From Terriglobia bacterium (lineage in GTDB: Bacteria > Acidobacteriota > Terriglobia > Bryobacterales > Bryobacteraceae): a stretch of 64,000 bases of DNA. The translations under genes and the position numbers were made by a program. Location of the stretch: assembly GCA_963767545.1 (NCBI GenBank), contig CAVYEV010000018.1, positions 84,142 through 148,141 on the forward strand. Direction: 5' to 3'. The notes under the pieces are model-generated. The model made no database searches, was not told the DNA's origin, and was given only the letters and a program-made list of their open reading frames with translations. Positions 31,484 to 41,983 of the stretch are shown piece after piece (position 1 is the stretch's first letter; each line of letters starts with the position of its first letter).

Positions 31484-33986
31484 CTACTTATACGTCACAA
31501 ACCAGGGGCTCGTCCACGCGACTTCCGGATCGCCTCCCGGATTCTCCGTGTCCGTCTGGAACACGCGCAAATAATAGTAAGACTTTGCCTGCTTTGGCGT
31601 CAGTATCTTGAAACCGCAGCGTCGTACTGCGAGCATTCGGCCTGGTGGTGAAAACATATTTGCCATCCTTCACCACATCCACGCGTAGAATCGTGTTCGG
31701 CGCGTCGATCTGAGCCTCAATCTTCGGGGCCTTACCGGCCGCCGCTTCGATCTGCCCGCCCACCATATGCCCGTCGGCCGTAGCTTTTACGATAATCTCG
31801 TCGCTCGCCGCATACGTGCGCCGCGCCAGCATGCCATCAAACAATCCTTCGCGATCTTCTTTGGGGGCCCAAACACAAGCCCAACTGTTGTGCGTCGAGC
31901 CATGATCGCTGAACGAGACAAACCCATACAGATCGCCTCGATTCAAAGCATCTTGCGCGAAATGCCCCTTCTCTGTAACCTGCGAGTTGCCGCGCTTCTC
32001 TCCAACAGGCAATTGCCAGGCTTCATAGCTCGATCGCGCGCCCTGATAAATCTCGAGCAGACAATCGAATGCCGGATTGTCCCACAGAAAGCTCCCCAAC
32101 GGCTGACTCACTTCGCCGAATGTGTGCGGTACAATCACGATCTTCTGTCCCGGTTGTTGAAACACATTGGCCTTCACCCACTCCCAAAGATTAGGCGGCA
32201 GGTTATCTTCTTTCTTGTTGACGCGATCGACGACGCGCAACGGCGCGCCGCGCTTGAGGAAGAGCATGTTGCGATGTCCCGACGGCGGACCGAGGCTGTG
32301 CTCATAGCTGTACACGCCGATGAAAACCGGCGGATGCGACATCAGGTCCACAGTCTTCTGCGTGTACCACCACTGGTAATCGCGCAGCCCGTCGGGCCAG
32401 TTGGTAACCACTTCGTTGTGATCCGACGTGCCCAGCCAATCGAGTTGCGCGGCGTCCATGGCATACCGGTACGTATCGAGAATTGAACCATCGACGCCGC
32501 TGTGGCCGCGAATATCGGTGTGGCGATGCGCGTCGCCCATCAGCAAATGGTAGTTCGTGCCGTTCCGCGACATCGTGGCGCGTGGACGCGGCGCGGGTTT
32601 GGTCTGAGGAGCCGGGAGTTGCACATCGGCGAACGTCACCGCCGGCGGCCCGTCGCCTTTCGTCAAGCTCGACACGTAGACGTTATAGTGGAGCGCGTGC
32701 ATCGGATTCGTCGGCAACACTGTCTGCGACCGCCCGTCGCTCGCATATCCGACCGAAAGCCCGCCATCTGGCGACTGGACCAGAGAGGCGTGTTGCGTAT
32801 TATGTCCTGAGCTTTGGCTGAAACGCACGGGCGTGGACCATTTATCCCCGGCGAGATGTGTCGCGTAGAAGTGATAAATCTCGTTCGGCTGCGAAAAGGT
32901 CCAATGGCGAAACACCATCCATAGCGAGCCGCTCGCATCGAAGGACAGATGCGGAAGCTCCGCGAACCGTGCAGCCCGGCCATCCATGATCGTGTTCAAA
33001 TCGGCTGACGGCTTCTGCACTCGACCATTTGCGTACACGCGCAAACCAATCTTGCGCGAGTAGTGCAGACCCCGGCTGCCCGGCGCGGCGCTGACCTTCG
33101 AGAAGTCCTTGCCCCAATTCTGGTCCGCCTCATCCCACGCCACCCACACGCGATCCTGATTATCCACCGCGATTGAAGTGTGGAACTGCGCGGCGGGTTC
33201 GGTGGTAATGGCAATCACGTCCCCCAGCTTTGGTTTCTCGTTGCGCGCGTCGAAAGAGCGGAGATAAACATCATAGTTACCTGTCTTGTAGCCGTCCCAC
33301 GATATCCAGGCGGTTCCATTGCGGTCGAGCGCGACAGCCGGGTCCCAATCGTCGGCAGCATCGTCGGAGATGCGTGTCTCCGGTCCCCACCGCTTGCTGT
33401 AGCGCCTCGCAAAGACATCCGCATTGAGGTTGCGGAATGACTGCCACACGACCGTCACATTGCCCGCGGCATCGGAAACAGCGCGAGCATTGAAGTCGCT
33501 GAAGCGCGCGGTTGTGAGACGTTCCGGTTTGGAGATCTTGCCATCGTTCGAGAGCGTTGACGCGAACAGGTCGTAGTTGCCGTCCGATTGACCGGACCAC
33601 AAAGCCATCACACCATCGGACGTCGCGACAATCGCAGGCGAATAGTGGTCCCAGTTCCCGTCGTGGATCTCAACCGGAGCTTGCCACGCGCTGTTTGGAG
33701 CCTTTCGCGCGACCAGCACGCGATCCGCGTCCTTGTCGTTCCATTCGATCCAGATAGCCCACTCGGCGCCATCGCGCCCGTACGTTATCGCCGGCCAATC
33801 GCCCTGTTTGTCAGGACTGCTGACCCGGTCTCCGGCGATTTCTCCGGCAACCGTCATTGGTCCCATGTTCAGCGCTACGGGGCCTTCGGGATTGGGCGAA
33901 TTCGGATTCTTTTTCTTTTTATTGGCTTGTTGTGCAGTGAGCGATAGTGTGCAGAGCAAAACAAAAGCGATAGAAATCTGGCGCAA
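31484..33986 (-). CDS. large secreted protein with an N-terminal repeat region (possibly BNR/sialidase-like propeller) and a PHP-like metal-dependent phosphoesterase-like region (1 frameshift near 31590)
   Basis: Signal peptide MRQISIAFVLLCTLSLTAQ. Repeated W/D-rich blades are followed by LLMGDAHRHTDIRGHSGVDGS..LGTSDHNEV. The C-terminus SYYYLRVFQTDTENPGGDPEVAWTSPWFVTYK is in ORF 31484..31666. Confidence 0.45.
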
Positions 33987-34064
33987 TGGAAGTCCTCGTC
34001 CAAAGAAATTATCACATGCGATGGGAGCAGCGGAACAATAACTTCATTCGCTTCGTCCAGTGCT

Positions 34065-34919
34065 ATGCTTGGGGCGAAGGCAACGATGGGCATACGGAAG
34101 TTGTTTCTGATTGCGATAGCGGCGGCCGCCTTTCTGGGCACGCTCTTCGCCTTCCAGCGTCCGTTCCGTCAGTATCGCGGGGTCGAGTACCGCAGCTTTG
34201 AACTCCCACCCGATTACCAGGAAAAGACAGAATGGGTGTTCGCCCGCCTCATGTACCCACCCGGACCGAACGATGGCTACCGCGGACGCTTTGACGGCGA
34301 CTGGCGCGAAGGCCTTTCTCTCTGGACACAGGACTATCCGCGAGCCGACCGTCACTTCTCCGAGGCGGTCCGGCGTCTGACCCGCATCCACGTGCGCTCT
34401 GCGGAACAGCCGGTTAATCTTGAGGACGGAGACGACGTTTACAATTGGCCATGGCTTTATGCGGTCCAGGTTGGGGAGTGGGGGCTCACCGCCGAGCAGG
34501 CCAAGATCATGCGCGAGTATCTGCTGCGCGGCGGTTTCTTCATGGCCGACGATTTCCACGGAGCCTTTGAATGGCAGATGTTTCAGGAACGTATCAAGCA
34601 GGTATTTCCAGATCGCCCAATTGTTGAGATTCCGGATAACGATGCAATCTTCCACACGGTGTACGATCTCGATGATCGCATTCAGATTCCCGGCTCCGAG
34701 CATCTCGGCTTGGGCTACAAAGGGTCCGGCGGCGACGGCAAGGGCGCGCACTGGCGCGGAATATACGACGACAAAGGACGCATCATGATTGCGATTTCGT
34801 ACAATTCCGACGTCGGCGATTCCTGGGAGTGGGCAGACGATCCGGAGTACCCGGAGAAGTTTTCGGCGCTTGGAATACGCTTGGGTGTGAACTACATTAT
34901 CTATGCCATGACGCATTAG
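34065..34919 (+). CDS. DUF4159 domain protein
   Basis: WVFARLMYP, WTQDYPRADRHF, YNWPWLY, LRGGFFMADDFHG and WADDPEYPEKFSALGIRLGVNYIIYAMTH. The start may be ATG 34086. Confidence 0.7.
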   Translation: MLGAKATMGIRKLFLIAIAAAAFLGTLFAFQRPFRQYRGVEYRSFELPPDYQEKTEWVFARLMYPPGPNDGYRGRFDGDWREGLSLWTQDYPRADRHFSEAVRRLTRIHVRSAEQPVNLEDGDDVYNWPWLYAVQVGEWGLTAEQAKIMREYLLRGGFFMADDFHGAFEWQMFQERIKQVFPDRPIVEIPDNDAIFHTVYDLDDRIQIPGSEHLGLGYKGSGGDGKGAHWRGIYDDKGRIMIAISYNSDVGDSWEWADDPEYPEKFSALGIRLGVNYIIYAMTH

Positions 34920-35551
34920 AGCAGCGAGCGTAAGGAGCTATGCACTTGAGGTTCGTACCCTTCACGAAAGCATTCAACAATGGGTCGCGGCGTCAAGACT
35001 GCCACCGTCAGTTCATCTGGCCGGCGACGTTTGCTTTTGTAGTGTTCAGGCGTCCACAGAGCCATTGAATCGTCCCACACTAAATACGCGGACCCGCCGA
35101 TATCGACGAAACAACCGTTGGGCAACGACTTCAACGCCGCCTCATATACAACTTTCTTCCCTCGGCGATCCACGCGGGTCCGATGGAGTTCTGCATCGAT
35201 ATCCGGCGCACGGAGATCTTTGCTTGATTGCCCCGGCTTGTCTCTGCGCGTCCAGGAGTTCTTGAAGTCGATGAATCGCTTCCATCGGCACTCCGCGCAC
35301 GGTCTGTGCCCCGCCGCAAACGCGACTGCTTCATCTAAAAAGAACAGCTCCGTATAACGCCCCGGAGACATCACCGATCGCCGCCGCCCTTTGAATTCCA
35401 AAACGCACGCAATCCAACGTTGGCCTTTGCAGTAGCGCACGATCTCGCGTTGATCGTTGTGCAGTGCCCCGCCCCGGTTGCCCATCATCGTCCCACGCGC
35501 GGGCGAACGAAAAATCGTACCATACGGGTCGACGCGGTTTTGCAAAGGCAT
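34916..35551 (-). CDS. conserved hypothetical protein (211 aa)
   Basis: Intact ORF. I cannot assign a family to the sequence. Its stop overlaps the DUF4159 stop (convergent). Confidence 0.4.
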   Translation of the reverse strand: MPLQNRVDPYGTIFRSPARGTMMGNRGGALHNDQREIVRYCKGQRWIACVLEFKGRRRSVMSPGRYTELFFLDEAVAFAAGHRPCAECRWKRFIDFKNSWTRRDKPGQSSKDLRAPDIDAELHRTRVDRRGKKVVYEAALKSLPNGCFVDIGGSAYLVWDDSMALWTPEHYKSKRRRPDELTVAVLTPRPIVECFREGYEPQVHSSLRSLL

Positions 35552-35590
35552 TGCGATGCTGCCGTTAAGTATGCCAAAACCGTAATTTGG

Positions 35591-35878
35591 TTAATGACCG
35601 GTGTTCTTCTCGTGCCGATCATACAGAGCGCCCGCTCCCGCGCCCGCTACTGCCCCTATACCGGCGCCCTTACCGCCGCCAGCCAAAGCGCCAATAGCCG
35701 CGCCACCCGCGGCACCCACGCCGACGCGTCTGGCCGTTGCCACATGGCGTCGATGGCGGACCCGCTGATAGTGCGTCCTGGATCTTCTGTGATGAGCTTG
35801 GGTTGCCGCCAAACTTGTACTGACTGTTCCGGAGAGCAACCCAATTGATAAGAGTGCTGTTAATATTCGACGCTTCAT
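35591..35878 (-). CDS. glycine-zipper (YMGG-like) small secreted/lipoprotein
   Basis: ATG 35878, a signal peptide, and GVGAAGGAAIGALAGGGKGAGIGAVAGAGAGAL. Confidence 0.55.
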   Translation of the reverse strand: MKRRILTALLSIGLLSGTVSTSLAATQAHHRRSRTHYQRVRHRRHVATARRVGVGAAGGAAIGALAGGGKGAGIGAVAGAGAGALYDRHEKNTGH

Positions 35879-35925
35879 GCTCTCTCTTCTTGCAATACGG
35901 CTGCCAAACAAAAGCAATTGTAAGC

Positions 35926-37074
35926 TTACTCACTCCGCAACCGTCGAATGGCATCCACCGCCCGCGTGTGCAGTGGCTTTCCATTCTCATCGAACAGGCC
36001 GAACCCAGGCTCGCGCGTCATAGCGGGCTCGAAAGCCTGCCAGAAGAAGACCAGCGGAACACTCGCCTTCAACGGCTCCAATGCCGAAACCATCCTGGCA
36101 TAGCGTTTATCCGGATTGTCCTTGATGCCAAGTTCGCCGACGACCACGTGAGCTGGAGCGCATGCCTTCATGATGTCCTGCAGATCCTTCGTGAGGCGAT
36201 TCCGATTGAAACTCTCCCAAGCCGAATAGGAGCAGATGTCGGGATGCACAGCGGGGACAACGGTGTCGAGCACGCCTTTATACTCCTTTGAACGGATACT
36301 CGCCCCGGAAACCTTACGCATGCTGAAGATGGTATTGAACTCGACTGCGTGATAAATCTCGACATCCATTGCTCCCCCTGCGATCGCGAGCTTGCGCCCC
36401 TCTGCGATCGCCTCCTGGCGGATGCTGAGCCACTCGGTCAGGCCGACTAGTCTGTCCGCCGGGCTCTGATACATGCACGCATACCGCTTGTCGTCGACAG
36501 TCTGGAAGTTGTAGCTCGACCCGCAGTAGATCTGGTTATCGCCTTCCCAATGGCCAATAATGAACACGCGCCCGCTACCGGAGTAGGAGTGCATAATGGA
36601 CTCGGCCAAATCGCGGTACTCGTCGAAAACTCGCTGCCTGTTAGCCTTGAGAAACTGCGGGTCCATAAACCGCTCGCGGCCAAACGAGGCGAAATCGTAA
36701 GTCGTGAGCATCACCGCCTTTAGCGATTTGGACGAGAGCGCCTCGCTGTAAGACTCGCTCTCGAACAGGCACTTGAGGCTCGGCCGCCGCTCGGTACAAC
36801 GCAGAGGCGGCATCGAATACGCCCGCAGGGATGCCGGCGACAACAGAAGCCGGATCGCGTGAATATCCTGCCGTTCCAACGCCGAAATATCCTTGGCCAG
36901 ACGGTCGCCGGAATTCGGGCCTCCCGAGAGACCGTCCCAGACATACAGACCCGGCTCCATCTTGAGCCGCGAAAGAAGCGTTTGCTGGGCTTGAATTTGA
37001 ACGGCTGAGGCGAGCAGGGTCAGCGCGGCGAATTTTTGAATAAGCAGGCTCACGGTTTCATGCGTTCGAGCCAT
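35926..37074 (-). CDS. secreted hypothetical protein (382 aa), last gene of the egt/ABC string
   Basis: Signal peptide LLIQKFAALTLLASAVQIQA. No family recognised; it is possibly TIM-barrel hydrolase-like. The start overlaps the substrate-binding-protein stop by 25 nt. Confidence 0.4.
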   Translation of the reverse strand: MARTHETVSLLIQKFAALTLLASAVQIQAQQTLLSRLKMEPGLYVWDGLSGGPNSGDRLAKDISALERQDIHAIRLLLSPASLRAYSMPPLRCTERRPSLKCLFESESYSEALSSKSLKAVMLTTYDFASFGRERFMDPQFLKANRQRVFDEYRDLAESIMHSYSGSGRVFIIGHWEGDNQIYCGSSYNFQTVDDKRYACMYQSPADRLVGLTEWLSIRQEAIAEGRKLAIAGGAMDVEIYHAVEFNTIFSMRKVSGASIRSKEYKGVLDTVVPAVHPDICSYSAWESFNRNRLTKDLQDIMKACAPAHVVVGELGIKDNPDKRYARMVSALEPLKASVPLVFFWQAFEPAMTREPGFGLFDENGKPLHTRAVDAIRRLRSE

Positions 37075-37932
37075 TCCTTTACCACCCTCGGCACGGAACG
37101 ATGCAAACCCTCGATCTGGTAATTCAGCTCGCGCATCGATCGATTGTTCAACGACCCGGAGAGTTCCCGCAACGCGTTCTCCAGACCCGGGAATTTTGAT
37201 AGCGATGCTTCGCGTACGACGAAGGCCGCTTGATACGGCGGAAAGTAGTGCTTATCGTCGTCAAGGGCGAAAAATTGATCGTTGGTAAGCTGGCCGTCTG
37301 TTGAGTTTGCCGCGGCCAGATCCACCTGATGCTGCTCCAGCGCTGCGTAAAGCAGGCCAAGATCCATGGTCCGGACCGGTTCCGTGAGTCTCAGCCCGTA
37401 CGCCTTCTGCAGACCAGCCAGGCCGTCGGCCCTTTGCACGAACTCATATCCGGCGCCCACCTTCCAGCCCGGCCGGTACGCGCCGGCGTCGCTCAGCGAA
37501 TGGACACGCCTGGCATCGGCATCTTTGCGCATCGTCACCATTGCGAACGTGTTATTGAAACCGAGCGGATCCATCCAGATCAGGTTCCATTGCTTGTAAC
37601 CGGCGCGCACTTCACTGAGCACCGCCGCCGGATCGCTGGTCGCAGCCTCTTTTCAGCACCGCCGCGAGCGCCGTTCCTGTGTATTCCGGGTAGAGATCGA
37701 TCTCACCCTTCACCAATGCCTCATGGGCCAGCAACGTGCCGCCAAGCTCCAACTTCCGTTCGATCGTGATATTCAGCCGGCGCTCGATCTGCTGTGCCGC
37801 GATCTCCCCGAGCAGCAACTGTTCGGCGAAATTTTTCGATCCGACTACAATGCGAGGCCCCGAGTGGCAACCCCCCAACAGTGCCGCCGCGATTACCGCT
37901 ATCGATGTTGCGAAAGTCTTCTTTCTACCCAT
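37050..37932 (-). CDS. quaternary-amine (OpuBC/OpuCC-like) ABC transporter substrate-binding lipoprotein (1 frameshift near 37620)
   Basis: Lipobox AALLGGC. IVVGSKNFAEQLLLGEI, DLYPEYTGTAL, NTFAMVTM and YFPPYQAAFVVRE match the OpuC-type betaine-binding fold. Confidence 0.7.
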
Positions 37933-38519
37933 CCCAGCCCTTCATCGGCTAAAAGTGCCATGATCGCAGCCGGTACCGCGCCCGAGAGGATCTGAGTGGA
38001 GTCGTTAAACGAAATTCCACGAAAGATCAACACACCCAGCCCGCCACCGCCAATTGCCGCCGCAATGACCGCGGTACCTATTGAAGTCACGGTCGCAATC
38101 CGCAAACCGGCCATAATCGTCGGTGCCGCCAGCGGAATCTCCACCTGCCGGAGAACCTGTCCCGGCGTCATCCCCATCGCAACCGCGGACTCACGTACCG
38201 CCGGATCAACGCCTAGTATACCTGCCAAAGTATTTCGAATGAGTGGAAGCAGCGCGTAGACTACCAGCGCGAGGATCGCTGTGCGTTTGCCTATTCCTCC
38301 AATGAATGGAATGGGAATCAGAAATCCGAACAGCGCCAGGCTGGGAATAGTCTGCAGTATATTCGCGAGTGCAACTGCCGCGCGCCGCGGCCCGGGTTTG
38401 CGGGACAGAAGAATTGCGCCGGGAATTGCGATTACGGACGCAATCGCAATTGACGAACCGACCAGCACGAGGTGCTCACCGCTCAGCGACAGAACCTCCT
38501 GTAACTCTTCAGTCCGCAT
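37899..38519 (-). CDS. ABC transporter permease (OpuBB/OpuCB-like)
   Basis: Six hydrophobic segments plus the EAA-like loop RESAVAMGMTPGQVLRQVEIPLAAP. Confidence 0.75.
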   Translation of the reverse strand: MRTEELQEVLSLSGEHLVLVGSSIAIASVIAIPGAILLSRKPGPRRAAVALANILQTIPSLALFGFLIPIPFIGGIGKRTAILALVVYALLPLIRNTLAGILGVDPAVRESAVAMGMTPGQVLRQVEIPLAAPTIMAGLRIATVTSIGTAVIAAAIGGGGLGVLIFRGISFNDSTQILSGAVPAAIMALLADEGLGWVERRLSQHR

Positions 38520-38522
38520 GGC

Positions 38523-39266
38523 TCAGGCTCCTGGCAACAGTTCCACCGTTTCAAGAAACGCCCGTGCCTCGGGATGCTCGCTCTTCGCAAACTCGCCTGG
38601 CGGCCCGGAAAAGATCAATTGCCCACCCGATAGCAGCGCGACTCGCGTTCCGATCAGTAGGGCTTCCCGCGTATCGTGAGTCACGAAGAGCGCGGTCTTG
38701 TGCAGCGCATTGCGCAGTTCAAGAAACTGTTTCTGCAACTCCACGCGAGTCACCGGATCGACAGCGCCGAAGGGTTCGTCGAACAACAAAATCGGAGGAT
38801 CGTTGGCTAATGCGCGTGCAACTCCGGTACGCTGCCTCTGTCCCCCGGAGAGCTGGTGCGGATAACGCGCCGCGTATTCGCCCGCCGGAAGCCCCACACG
38901 GTTCAGCAGATCGTCCACGCGCTGTGCGATACGAGCCTGAGCCAGCCCTTCGAGTTTAGGAACCAGTCCGACGTTATCGCGAACCGTGAAGTGCGGAAAT
39001 AATCCGGTCTCCTGGATCACATAGCCAATCCGGCGGCGCAACCGCACCAAATTCCACTCGCTGGTGGCCTTGCCTTCCACCAGCACGCGGCCGCTTTCCG
39101 GCATCAGGAGCCCATTTACGAGCTTGAGCGCGGTCGTCTTGCCTGAGCCGCTGCGCCCCAGCAGAACCAGCGTCTCTCCCTGCTCCACGGTCAGATTGAA
39201 ATCGCGAAGCACAGCGCGTCCACCAGCCGAGTAGGTTACGCCGGAAAACTCAATGATGGTCGGCAT
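38523..39266 (-). CDS. ABC transporter ATP-binding protein (no CBS domains)
   Basis: Walker A GRSGSGKTT, signature LSGGQRQR, Walker B LLFDEP and H-loop VTHD. At 247 aa it has no C-terminal CBS pair. Confidence 0.85.
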   Translation of the reverse strand: MPTIIEFSGVTYSAGGRAVLRDFNLTVEQGETLVLLGRSGSGKTTALKLVNGLLMPESGRVLVEGKATSEWNLVRLRRRIGYVIQETGLFPHFTVRDNVGLVPKLEGLAQARIAQRVDDLLNRVGLPAGEYAARYPHQLSGGQRQRTGVARALANDPPILLFDEPFGAVDPVTRVELQKQFLELRNALHKTALFVTHDTREALLIGTRVALLSGGQLIFSGPPGEFAKSEHPEARAFLETVELLPGA

Positions 39267-39282
39267 CAGGCAGCGGTCTGCT

Positions 39283-40257
39283 TCACGCGATCAGCAGACT
39301 CTCCGCGAACGGCCATTCGCGATCGATCCACTGTCCGCGGCACTCGAAGCCCGCGCGCTGAGCCATCCGCTCGATCTGTTCGGGGCGGAATTTATGCGAC
39401 GACTCGGTCCAAATGGTTTCACCTTTGCGAAATTCGATCGCGCAATCGAGGTCGGCAATACGGACCTGCTGTCTTCGACGGGAGCGCAAGTGCATCTCGA
39501 TTCGCGATCGTGTCCCGTTCCAGCGAGCCACGTGGCGGAAAGAGCGCAAATCGAATTCCCCGCCCAGTTCCCGATTGATGCGTGCAAGCAGGTTCAGATT
39601 GAATGCCGCGGTGGCTCCGATACCATCGTCGTACGCCTCCAGCATCTGCCGCTCGGGCTTCACCAGGTCGGCGCCCAGCAGTAAACCGTCGCCCGGTTGC
39701 AGTGCGAGCCGTATCTGCCGCAGGAAAGATTGGGCTTCGGGCATTGCGAAGTTTCCGATGGTGCTTCCAAGGAATAGGGCCAGGACCGATTGACCGGAAC
39801 GCCTGCGCTGAACCGCTTCGCTGAGCCCATCCAGATAACTCGCCGCTACCGGGCGAATCTCGACCCCAGGTATCGATTCGAGCGCGCGGCAGCACTGGCG
39901 TAAAGCCGCTTGAGAGATATCGATCGGGAGATAGCGTACGGGACCCGACGATCGCCGGTCCGCCGCGGCTTCCAGTAAGTGCCGCGTCTTAGTGCCACTG
40001 CCGCTGCCCAATTCGGCGATGAGCAGATCTCGTGGAAGAGCTGCGGCTATTTCCACAGAATGCCGGGCCAATAGCCGCGAATCGGCCCGTGTAAGGCCAT
40101 ATTCCGGCAATAAAGTAATTACTTCAAACAGTGCCGACCCGATATCGTCGTAAAGATATTGCGATGGCAGCGTTTTGCGTGATGAATCGATCAGTCCGGC
40201 GACAACATCGGAGGCAAACTGCACGGATTGCGGGCGTTCAACGGCAATTGCAAACAT
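39283..40257 (-). CDS. egtD: L-histidine N(alpha)-methyltransferase (ergothioneine biosynthesis)
   Basis: YLYDDIGSALFEVITLLPEYGLTRAD, ELGSGSGTKT, YLPIDIS, LGSTIGNF, GATAAFNLNLLARINRE and ESSHKF match EgtD. Confidence 0.85.
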   Translation of the reverse strand: MFAIAVERPQSVQFASDVVAGLIDSSRKTLPSQYLYDDIGSALFEVITLLPEYGLTRADSRLLARHSVEIAAALPRDLLIAELGSGSGTKTRHLLEAAADRRSSGPVRYLPIDISQAALRQCCRALESIPGVEIRPVAASYLDGLSEAVQRRRSGQSVLALFLGSTIGNFAMPEAQSFLRQIRLALQPGDGLLLGADLVKPERQMLEAYDDGIGATAAFNLNLLARINRELGGEFDLRSFRHVARWNGTRSRIEMHLRSRRRQQVRIADLDCAIEFRKGETIWTESSHKFRPEQIERMAQRAGFECRGQWIDREWPFAESLLIA

Positions 40258-40290
40258 GCGTCAGTTCTCGGTTTTTTCGGTCATTCTAGA

Positions 40291-41493
40291 TTATTGATCG
40301 ACCAGGCGAAAGCCGGTGTAAGTGTACGGATAGTCCGGCCGATACCAGTTGCGGAAGGATCGGCGTGTAAGCTGAGCGGCCGTGCGAGCCGATGCGCCCT
40401 TCACGACGAAATGCCGATTATCGAAAAAATCGGCCGAATAACCCGGATAATAGGGTGTGGTTTCGAAGCCGTCGAATGGACCGAAAACAGTGGAAGTCCA
40501 CTCCCAGCCGTTACCACCGAGTTGCTCCACGCCCCAGGCGCTCACGTCCTTGGGAGTCGAATTCACCGGCACAGCATCCCAGAAGCGGAAATCGACGTTG
40601 CAGCCGGGGAGCGAAGTAGCCTCACCTTCCGGAGTGCCGAACGCTGCGCGATGATATTGCGCTTCCGTCGGCAGAACCATGCCCTTCCATTCGGCATAAG
40701 CGAGCGCCTGATCGCGTGTCACATAGACCGGCGCATCGAGTGGCAGCGGCCCGGTCGCGAACATTCCGCGCTGAAGCCAGCCGTCGCCATTGCGCTGCCA
40801 GAAGTGTGATGGCGTGCCGCCCTCGCGTACAAACTCCAGATATTCACGGTTGGTCACCTTGTACTGCATGATGCGGAACTCGGGCACAAAGATACAATGT
40901 TGCTGGAATTCGTTGTCCCAACCGAACTCCCCATTGCGCGGTTGACCCAATGTCGCGATTCCCGCGGGAATCTGAATCAACGCTTGTCGCGGCTGTTGGA
41001 CTGCGGGAAGTTCCGGTTGCGGCTGGCGGCGCTTCTTCTCCGGCTCAAGATTGTGCAACATGTACGCGAAGGTCTCGGCGTGCATCTGCCGATGTTCGAT
41101 TGCCATTTGCCGCCTCTCTCGCGGGATGTCACTCCAAATCCTGTCGACCGTGTAGCGGACCTGTCTGTTATAGGACCGAATCTCGTCAACCGAGGGCCAA
41201 TCCTTCGGTTGATCCGATGGCAACTGTCCAGGCTCGGGATCGATGCCCCGTTCGAATAATCGATCGAATTCGGGATGAAAGGACGGAACATCGAAACACC
41301 TCCGTCCCAGTAGATTCCAATCGAAAGCCTCCAGATGGCCGAGGTAAAAGATAATTCGATGCCGCTCGGGAATCGGCCGGTCGTATAGTGCAGCCGGGTC
41401 CAGGAGGTCGAAAAGTTGGTCTGTCTGAGAACGGGATTCTATGAGTTCATGATGCAGGTCGGCAGAGAGGCGCATCTTTGGCAAGTGTAGCAA
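40291..41493 (-). CDS. egtB: ergothioneine biosynthesis sulfoxide synthase
   Basis: DinB-like N-terminus (IFYLGHLEAFDW), then FGWDNEFQQHCIFVPEFRIMQYKVTNREYLEFV and a C-terminal FGE-sulfatase fold (GNGWEWT, YTGFRLV). Confidence 0.85.
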   Translation of the reverse strand: MLHLPKMRLSADLHHELIESRSQTDQLFDLLDPAALYDRPIPERHRIIFYLGHLEAFDWNLLGRRCFDVPSFHPEFDRLFERGIDPEPGQLPSDQPKDWPSVDEIRSYNRQVRYTVDRIWSDIPRERRQMAIEHRQMHAETFAYMLHNLEPEKKRRQPQPELPAVQQPRQALIQIPAGIATLGQPRNGEFGWDNEFQQHCIFVPEFRIMQYKVTNREYLEFVREGGTPSHFWQRNGDGWLQRGMFATGPLPLDAPVYVTRDQALAYAEWKGMVLPTEAQYHRAAFGTPEGEATSLPGCNVDFRFWDAVPVNSTPKDVSAWGVEQLGGNGWEWTSTVFGPFDGFETTPYYPGYSADFFDNRHFVVKGASARTAAQLTRRSFRNWYRPDYPYTYTGFRLVDQ

Positions 41494-41547
41494 TCAAAAG
41501 TCCACTGTAGAGTAGCCTCCATTGCGGAACTTGGCGGAGTGTTACAT

Positions 41548-41940
41548 TTACCGCGACGCTGAACTCGAGTCTCGCGTTAGCTTAACCTTCCCGTTGATAT
41601 CGCCGGAATCAATGGAGCCTTTCATCGTCCCTTCCATCCGATCGCCGGCGATCTTGAGGCTAAACTTCATGGGGCCTGTGGTTTCGTCGCTGGCTGCCTC
41701 GAACGACAGAGTATCGCCGTCCGTGTGAGCATTCTTGATCGGCACGACATCGGTATCTTCAACCCTGCCGATTTTCCCGGATAGTCCGCTACCCTGCTGT
41801 TGCAGTTCGACATGGATCTGGGTCGTTATGGTGGTGCCGCTTCCGGCGTCGTCCACGGCAATGGTTCCGGTCCAACGGCCGGTCAAATCGGCGCCGAAAG
41901 CCAGCGCGCAAACAAGGAAGGTCGGAAGTAAGCGTTTCAT
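41548..41940 (-). CDS. small secreted hypothetical protein
   Basis: ATG 41940 and signal peptide MKRLLPTFLVCALAFGA. Beta-rich, with no family recognised. Confidence 0.4.
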   Translation of the reverse strand: MKRLLPTFLVCALAFGADLTGRWTGTIAVDDAGSGTTITTQIHVELQQQGSGLSGKIGRVEDTDVVPIKNAHTDGDTLSFEAASDETTGPMKFSLKIAGDRMEGTMKGSIDSGDINGKVKLTRDSSSASR

Positions 41941-41983
41941 GCGGCAGAGAGGAGTTCGCGATTCCAGTATAATCTTTCTCTTG

